This document shows, one piece after another, positions 31,414 to 39,402 of a stretch of DNA of 39,402 nucleotides. The DNA comes from Nemertoderma westbladi. Its lineage: Eukaryota; Animalia; Xenacoelomorpha. Position 1 is the stretch's first letter. Every line of letters begins with the position of its first letter. A program made the position numbers and the translations under genes. The stretch is from NCBI GenBank assembly GCA_032718475.1, contig JAUCBJ010001878.1, forward strand, positions 1 to 39,402, in the 5' to 3' direction. The notes beneath the pieces were generated by a model. That model was not told the origin of the DNA. It saw only the letters and a list, made by a program, of their open reading frames with translations, and made no database searches.

Positions 31414-34400
31414 AGTCTATTGTAGGTCATGGCCCTACTGTAATTGGGATTCTGGAAAATAAGTACTCCGGAGTTAACTTGTTAATAATTTATAAAAAGT
31501 CATTATGCAGTTGGCTGAGCGCGTGGAAGAGAGACTCTCTATGTTGCATTCGGTAACTTGCTATGTGATGTGCGAGATGGAGCACCAGTGGCAATTCTTA
31601 GAATTTCAAGTTCAAAATTGTCAAGTAGTTCAGACATTTCTTGAGATATGTTGTTCCAGACCGAACAGCCGTATTCCAGTTTAGGACGTAGAAATGTTTT
31701 GTATATTTTTAGTATTGCATCTTTGGATAGGACGTATTTAGTATATTTAGTTATAGGACGTTTTTCCGCAGAACCAATAGATTTCTCGAAACTGAGTTAA
31801 TTAGTTCTAGGAAATGGTCATTGAACTTGAAATTGGAAGAAAATACCAGTCCCAGGTGTTTGTGAGTATCACCACACGGGAGGACCTCACCATTTAGATG
31901 TAGTGGCACTGTCTGGTAGGGGATGGAACCACACATAGTCAATACAATGGTTTTCTCTGGGTTAAAAGTTACGAGCCATTTAGTACCGGTAGCCCAAGGG
32001 TGTAGTTCATAAAGTTCGTGGTTAAGAAAGTGAGCGCGCACAACAGAATGACTGATTCTAGATGAAAGAGATGTATCGTCAGCAAACAGTGAACAGTTTG
32101 CCGACAATACATCAACAAGGTCATTTATGTAAATAATAAATAAGATGGGACCGAGCACACTTCCCTGGGGTACGCCAGTGAGCACCGCCAGAAACAGTGA
32201 GCATGTCCCATCTAGCACCACACGCTGCCAACGCCCTGATAAATAACATTGGAACCATGCCAATAAACGACCGCGGATTCGCATTCTATATAATTGTTCA
32301 AGGAGACCTGCGTGCCATATCCTGTCAAAGGCTTTTGTGACGTCACAGAATATTACTTGTGTGACGTCGCCTTCGTCCCAGGCCTGGCACCAGGAGTCGT
32401 ATAGGAAGATAAGTTGGTTTTGGCAACTATCGCCGGGAATAAATCCTGATTGTCGTTTCGATATTTTATGCCATAGGAAATTCCAGATATGCTTTTTGAC
32501 AACAGTTTCAAAAAGCTTAGAAAGGTTATTTAATAAAGAAATTGGGCGATTAGTTGCCAGAATTATAAAATTCTCCCTTTTTAAAAATTGGAGTGATATT
32601 AGAATACTTCAAGGATTGTGGAAAAATAGAAATGTTATGTAACGCATTAAATAAAATAGTTAAACCAACTATTAAAGAGCCGGATAATGATTTAATAACT
32701 CTGTTACTTATTCCATCGATACCAGGAGATCCATTCGTATTTAAGGATGAAATACCTGCACCTACGTCCTCTTCTGAAATCTGTATGTGCTCTAGGACTG
32801 CTTCTTCAGGGACGCACGCCCTGAACAGTCGCGGGGTCGGGGTGTAGTGAAGTCGGGGGTAAAGATTGAGGTATGGGATGTTCCACTGGTGTTACATTTT
32901 GAGGTATGGGATGCACCACTGGAAGCACCACGTGATGTGCCACCGGTGGTACAGTCTGGGGTATGGGGTGCACTGCTGGAGGTATAGTCGGAGGTATGGG
33001 ATGTACTACCGGTAGTGCAGTCTGGGGTATGGGGTGCACTGCTGGAGGTATAGTCGGAGGTGTGGGATGTACTACCGGTAGTGCAGTCTGGGGTATGGGG
33101 TGCACTGCTGGAGGTATAGTCGGAGGTGTGGGATGTACTACCGGTAGTGCAGTCTGGGGTATGGGGTGCACTGCTGGAGGTATAGTCGGAGGTGTGGGAT
33201 GTACTACCGGTAGTGCAGTCTGGGGTATGGGGTGCACTGCTGGAGGTATAGTCGGAGGTGTGGGATGTACTACCGGTAGTGCTGTCTGGCGGTATGGGGT
33301 GCACTGCTGGAGGTGTGGGATGTACTACCGGTGGGGCAGTCTGGGGTATGGGATGCACTGCTGGAGGTGTGGGATGTACTACCGGTAGTGCAGTCTGGGG
33401 TATGGGGTGCACTGCTGGAGGTGTGGGATGTACTACCGGTGGTACAGTCTGGGGTATGGGGTGCACTGCTGGAGGTATAGTCAGAGGTGTGGGATGTACT
33501 ACCGGTAGTGCAGTCTGGGGTATGGGGTGCACTGCTGGAGGTGTGGGATGTACTACCGGTGGTGCAGTCTGGGGTATGGGATGCACTGCTGGAGGTGTGG
33601 GATGTACTACCGGTAGTGCAGTCTGGGGTATGGGGTGCACTGCTGGAGGTGTTGGATGTACTACCGGTGGTGCAGTCTGGGGTATGGGATGCACTGCTGG
33701 AGGTGTGGGATGTACTACCGGTAGTGCAGTCTTGGGTAAGGGATGCATTGCTGAACGTACAATCGGAGGTGTGGGATGTGCCACCGGTGGTACAGTCTGG
33801 GGTATGGGATGCACTGCTGGAGGTGTGGGATGTACTACCGGTAGTATAGTCTGGGGTATGGGATGCACTGCTGGAGGTGTGGGATGTACTACCGGTAGTG
33901 CAGTCTTGGGTAAGGGATGCATTGCTGAACGTACAATCGGAGGTGTGGGATGTGCCCCCGGTGGTACAGTCTGGGGTATGGGAGGAAGCACTGGAGGTAT
34001 TACAGGAAGTACCACCGGTGGTACAGGCTGGTGTGTGTGATGTACTAGCGGTGGTGCTGTCTGAGGTGTGGATTGTACTGTGGTCGTCGGTAATAAACCT
34101 GGTAAAGTGGAATTAAGGACAAATCTGTTATTTAGAACTTGGGCTTTGTCAAAGGCTTCATACACCGCTGTATCACCATCAAATAAGAATGGGATGGATA
34201 ATAATTTGTTTTTCCCCAGTACCGACTTTACTATTGAAAACCATTTCTTAGAGTCTAAGTTGCTGGAACTTTTGGTTGATAAATACAATTCACTAGAATA
34301 TGAAGCCTTAGCTAAGCGAACTTTTTGAGAGACAAAATTTCGATATTTTCTGAATTTGATCCATTGATTTGAGTTATTGGGTGTCCCTTTGGCTCGTTTG

Positions 34401-34952
34401 TGTAGCCTTTCCCTGCGCCTGAACAGTGAGCGCAACTCATTATTTAGCCACTTACGGTCGCTGGATCTGGTTTTTATTTTGTGGCTGGGAATAAATCTAT
34501 TCGCACCTTCAAGTAAAGTCTCTCTGAGAAAATTAACACCTTCAACAGGGTCATCGGCATATGCACCAAAGTAGCTACTAAGACTTAGGAATTGTCTGAA
34601 TTCTCCCCAGTTCGCTTTGTCATAATCACATACGGTACGAATGAAAAGTTTAACGTTTAAGTCGATAAAAATTGGCGAGTGGTCAGAAATAGGAAGGTTG
34701 TTGTCAAAACAAATATCAGCATGTGGGTCCGCCTTAATTTTCAGGGGAAGTAAATTAGTGAATAATAAGTACTGTAAATGCAAGATTGGGATTGGGATCG
34801 AGTTATAGAGTTTATCACTTGGGTAAAACCAGTTAAAGAGCAGAATTTGTTTACTAGAAAATGAGTTTGGTGAAAACAGTTGGTATTAAAGTCACCTAAA
34901 AGAAGAATTCCGTCATATTTATACGCTGTGGTGATGTTCCAAATAACATCGT
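31414..34952 (-). mobile_element. CR1/L2-group LINE ORF2 segment (endonuclease C-terminus to post-RT), truncated at both ends and pseudogenised
   Basis: LLGDFN and ISDHSPI (APE endonuclease); IQISEEDV, SPGIDGI, ITPIFKKG, QSGFIPGDS, DVTKAFDRIWH, GVPQGSVLGPILFIIYINDL, FADDT, HKHLG, RPKLEYG; several frameshifts; no 3' UTR or tail. Confidence 0.9.
32870..34070. repeat. 54/66-bp minisatellite inside the LINE EN-RT linker (PVVHPTPPAVHPIPQTAL on -)
   Basis: Unit ggtgtgggatgtactaccggtagtgcagtctggggtatggggtgcactgctgga, with a 12-bp ggtatagtcgga insert in the 66-bp form; about 20 units. Confidence 0.93.
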
Positions 34953-37133
34953 ACGATAGGGCCTTAGGTTGGAGCCTCGTCCGCGCCAATGATGGGGCCT
35001 TGGGTTGGAGTCTCGTCCGCGCCAATGATAGGGCCTTAGGTTGGAGCTCGACCACCAACGATAGGGCCTTGGGTTGGAGCTCGACCACCAACGATAGGGC
35101 CTTGGGTTAGAGCCGCGACCGCGCCAATGATAGGGCCTTGGGTTGGAGCCTCGACCGCGCCAATGATAGGGCCTTGGGTTGGAGCTCGACCACCAACAAC
35201 GATAGGGCCTTGGGTTAGAGCCTCGTCCGCGCCAATAATAGGGCCTTGTGTTGGAGCCTCGACCGCGCCAATGAAAGGGCCTTGGGTTGGAGCCTCGCCC
35301 GCCAACGATAGGGCCTTGGGTTGGAGCCTCGACCGCCAACGATAGGGCCTCGGGTTGGAGCCTCGACCACCAACGATAGGGCCTTGGGTTGGAGTCTCGT
35401 CCGCGCCAATGATAGGGCCTTGGGTTGGAGCCTCGACCGCGCCAATGATAGGGCCTTGGGTTGGAGTCTAGCCCGCCAACGATAGGGCCTTGGGTTGGAG
35501 CCTCGACCACCAACGATAGGGCCTTGGGTTGGAGTCTAGCCCGCCAACGATAGGGCCTTGGGTTGGAGTCTCGACCACCAACGATAGGGCCTTGGGTTGG
35601 AGTCTAGCCCGCCAACGATAGGGCCTTGGGTTGGAGCCTCGTCCGCGCCAATAATAGGATCTTGTGTTGGAGCCTCGCCGCGCCAATGATAGGGCCTTGG
35701 GTTGGAGCCTCGCCCGCCAACGATAGGGCCTTGGGTTGGAGTCTCGCCCACCAACGATAGGGCCTTGGGTTGGAGCCTCGACCGCCAACGATAGGGCCTT
35801 GGGTTGGAGCCTCGACCACCAACGATAGGGCCTTGGGTTGGAGTCTCGTCCGCGCCAATGATAGGGCCTTGGGTTGGAGCCTCGACCGCGCCAATGATAG
35901 GGCCTTGGGTTGGAGTCTAGCCTTGGGTTGGAGCCTCGACCACCAACGATAGGGCCTTGGGTTGGAGTCTAGCCCGCCAACGATAGGGCCTTGGGTTGGA
36001 GTCTCGACCACCAACGATAGGGCCTTGGGTTGGAGTCTCGACCACCAACGATAGGGCCTTGGGTTGGAGTCTAGCCCGCCAACGCAACGATAGCGCCTTA
36101 GGTTGGAGCCTCGTCCGCGCCAATGATAGGGCCTTAGGTTGGAGTCTCGACCACCAACGATAGGGCCTTGGGTTGGAGTCTAGTCCACCAGCGATAGGGC
36201 CTTGGGTTGGAGCCTCGTCCGCGCCAATGATAGGGCCTTAGGTTGGAGTCTCGACCACCAACGATAGGGCCTTGGGTTGGAACCTCGCCCGCCAACGATA
36301 GGGCCTTGGGTTGGAGTCTCGCCCACCAACAATAGGGCCTTGGGTTGGAGCCTCGACCGCCAACGATAGGGCCTTGGGTTGGAGCCTCGACCACCAACGA
36401 TAGGGCCTTGGGTTGGAGTCTCGTCCGCGCCAATGATAGGGCCTTGGGTTGGAGCCTCGACCGCGCCAATGATAGGGCCTTGGGTTGGAGTCTAGCCTTG
36501 GGTTGGAGCCTCGACCACCAACGATAGGGCCTTGGGTTGGAGTCTAGCCCGCCAACGATAGGGCCTTGGGTTGGAGTCTCGACCACCAACGATAGGGCCT
36601 TGGGTTGGAGTCTCGACCACCAACGATAGGGCCTTGGGTTGGAGTCTAGCCCGCCAACGATAGCGCCTTAGGTTGGAGCCTCGTCCGCGCCAATGATAGG
36701 GCCTTAGGTTGGAGTCTCGACCACCAACGATAGGGCCTTGGGTTGGAGTCTAGTCCACCAGCGATAGGGCCTTGGGTTGGAGCCTCGTCCGCGCCAATGA
36801 TAGGGCCTTAGGTTGGAGTCTCGACCACCAACGATAGGGCCTTGGGTTGGAGTCTAGCCCGCCAACGATAGGGCCTTGGGTTGGAGCCTCGTCCGCACCA
36901 ATGATAGGACCTTGGGTTGGAGTCTCGACCACCAACGATAGGGCCTTGGGTTGGAGCCTCGACCACCAATGATAGGGCCTTGGGTTGGAGCCTCGACCAC
37001 CAATGATAGGGCCTTGGGTTGGAGTCTCGCCCACCAACGATAGGGCCTTAGGTTGGAGTCTCGACCACCAACGATAGGGCCTTGGGTTGGAGCCTCGACC
37101 ACCAACGATAGGGCCTTGTGTTGGAGCCTCGAC
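34953..37133. repeat. G-rich minisatellite, right block (~60 units of 33-36 bp)
   Basis: Same constant core as 30590-31413; includes a 575-bp higher-order duplication. Confidence 0.95.
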
Positions 37134-37572
37134 ATCTGCGCCGGAAAGGCGCGAGTTTCAAATAAACTTACTGATGGAAATTAAGATTAAGAAAACACCG
37201 ATGTGGATTTATCTTATATAGATAAGCTAATTGCACATTTATATCATAAGTTACCTTATGCAGTATAATAAGCAGTCTTATGGATGGTAACTTTAGGCCT
37301 AAATATATCTTTGTGAACTTTATACTAGACTATGAATTTTGAGTACACAATACATAATTCTAGGTAATATAATAAATATTGATTGTTGTATGATGAACCT
37401 GTATTTTTATATTTTTAGGACCGCGTAGAGAGACCTTTAACATTCACTCCGTTGTTGTTGATAGTTGTTCTTTTATTAATTAATAATTTCCAATTAGGTT
37501 TAATAAGGCTTCCTACAGTGCATTATGGGCCTCCAGGCCTGGATTAAAAAGAAATATAAAAAGAAATATATA

Positions 37573-37650
37573 AGTGGCGAAGTTGGTAGATCGTTGGTCT
37601 TGGAATCTCTAGATACCGAGTTCAACCCCCTTTTCCGCTGAATTTTTTTG
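37573..37650 (+). mobile_element. tRNA-derived SINE head or tRNA pseudogene
   Basis: A-box tggcgaagttgg (37575-37586) and B-box gagttcaacccc (37618-37629) at tRNA-like spacing, then a T7 run; acceptor and anticodon stems do not pair well. Confidence 0.55.
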
Positions 37651-37799
37651 TTAGTAAGATTCATAGTAAGTTATTCACAAGGAGATATAGTTCATGCGTT
37701 AGTAGACGCGGACCTTTGCGCAATTTCGCATTGTTTTACTTAGGTTTATTTCTCAGATATGTGTCTAATACGCCCAAATTTGTGCAGCGGCGTGTTAGA

Positions 37800-37830
<31 letters not shown>

Positions 37831-38544
37831 ATTTTGCTCAGAATGGCCAAATGTTTATTCAACTCGTTTTCATGAATAACTCAAGCATAGGCTATGGGGA
37901 TGGCGGTAAAAAGAATTGCTGGTACCCACCCACTTGAGAGGGTAAAATACTGTACAAAAATGATATGACATATTATTGGCAAACCTTGTACATCTACGGT
38001 TAATTAATTGTTGGCACGAGGTACTGTAGGTACTTGTTTCGGTAGACTAGCAGCAATAATTAATAACTAAAATACAATATCCACATTATTTGTATATTTT
38101 ATAATGCCACAGTTTTTTATTGTTGGATGTGTTCAAATCGTTATTATTCCAATTACGTTTTTCCAGTGCTGACAGTTCCTATATTCAAATCGAATCTGAA
38201 AAACTAATTTCAGAGCATTGCGTACAAATACTAGACTTCTGTACTTATTGTTAAACTTTTATAAACTTTATTATTATATGATGTATTTTCTGTACAAACG
38301 AGGTCAATTTTACATCTAAGCGTCTTAAGTTATAAAAGGGTAAAAAGCTATTCAATTCAATACAATTTTTATAATAATTTCTTTTCCATTATTTCCATAA
38401 AATATGCACATAACGTAAGTAAACTGAACAACAAAGTTTGCAAAACAATGCACTGGATACTGGCAATAGCAGAGCTAGGAGTAGTGCCAGTATCCAGATG
38501 CTAGAACTACTACTACTAGGATCAGCATGCTGCATTGCAGCAGC

Positions 38545-38825
38545 ATTTTTAAGAATGCTGTGCCGGCTTATCGACAAAATTGCGCCGCCACAACTCCCTA
38601 TCACCCATGATTTGCTAGATCATCCGCATCTTCAAGGCCAGTGTCCTTTAAGATGCGTCTCAAGAAAGTCATGGTCTGTCCACCATGCTTATTCACTCCA
38701 TGAGCCTGCTAAAGGACAAGATTATGCACTGGCTGGTCCTCACGGCGAAAGCAATGTCCTGCAAAGCGGAGGCGATTTTGTTCTAGTGTCAAGCTTGGGG
38801 GAACGAATGCTGGAACTAGTGGAGC
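38545..38825 (-). mobile_element. RTE-clade LINE, degraded 3' ORF fragment
   Basis: Minus strand reads LEQNRLRFAGHCFRREDQPVHNLVL*...HGGQTMTFLRRILKDTGL...DRELWRR; homologous to 2120-2300. Confidence 0.8.
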
Positions 38826-39402
38826 GGGGGGGGGGGGATGAAGTTTATTCTAGATTCGGAATTTTGCTAATTTATAACTTCGATGACACTTTCTTTTTTT
38901 ATTATTAAGAGGCAGATTCTCATCACACAAGCAACCAACTACACACGGGTCAGGTTCAGGCACCCAAGCAGACAAACTATCACATACTGCATGTGTATTA
39001 CAATATTGAGAAATTTTCAGGATTACAATTTAGTTACAAAAAAAGCAAAAAGAATACAGTTAATCGGATAAAGGCTAATAGTATAATTAAATTAATAGTA
39101 TTATTATTACTGTGTAATGTAATTTTATTCTTATGACTGCCTTGCTACTCCTCTTCAAATTGCGGTTCACTGAATTCTGGCGCGCACTTTATTGGCTAAA
39201 CTCTTGGGACCTCCTTGTCTCTCTCTACATATAATTGTTTTTTTGACCGGCTGTTTTCTTTAGGTTGTAACGCAACCGTAAATTCAAGGCCAGTATCACT
39301 TAAAAGGGTCTCAAGAAAGTAGACCTCTTGATGTAATATTGAATGTATAATTGGCCTCGCTCGTGAAAATTCTAACTCAGCAAATTTTACATCACAGAGG
39401 CA

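Noticed and set aside
32963-34116. Gly/Cys-rich plus-strand ORFs (GCTAGGVGCTT)
   Set aside because: Antisense reading of the 54/66-bp repeat inside the LINE.
30590-37133. CRISPR array
   Set aside because: The linkers are only 9-14 nt, mutually related and reused many times; no cas genes are present and the context is eukaryotic.
34953-37133. Telomeric repeat
   Set aside because: TTGGG/TTAGG occur only as parts of a longer unit, never in tandem.
34880-37135. Many short repetitive ORFs in the right array block
   Set aside because: Read-throughs of the minisatellite with frequent frameshifts; only 34741-34952 is real (LINE endonuclease).
37573-37650. Functional tRNA gene
   Set aside because: A and B boxes are present but the cloverleaf stems do not pair adequately.
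38438-38908. 156-aa plus-strand ORF as a novel gene
   Set aside because: It is the antisense of a decayed RTE fragment.

Overview
AT-rich, repeat-dense animal (probably invertebrate) genomic DNA; nothing prokaryotic is evident. There are two conserved host genes, each with its whole CDS in one uninterrupted ORF: a USP53/USP54-family deubiquitinase (5969-9328, -) and a PAP2/phospholipid phosphatase (28451-29347, +). The rest is mostly mobile DNA. It includes three large LINE pieces (1-1445 +, 9750-11820 +, 31414-34952 -), three RTE-clade fragments, a BEL/Pao LTR retrotransposon, a decayed tyrosine-recombinase gene, several MITEs, a tRNA-derived SINE-like piece and many minisatellites. Most noteworthy: (1) the BEL/Pao element keeps Gag and protease but has lost RT, most of RNase H and integrase through two in-frame deletions, and its gag carries an in-frame TAA-ATG junction; (2) a ~36-bp CRISPR-looking minisatellite with hairpins at both ends is split by a LINE truncated at both ends, with fold-back palindromes at both junctions; (3) TA-NNNN-TA palindromes (TAGGCCTA, TACCGGTA) are strongly over-represented and look like excision footprints of TA-targeting DNA transposons, one appearing as a 6-bp insertion in an RT motif. 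All family assignments come from motif recognition by eye; no database searches were run, and repeat boundaries are approximate.
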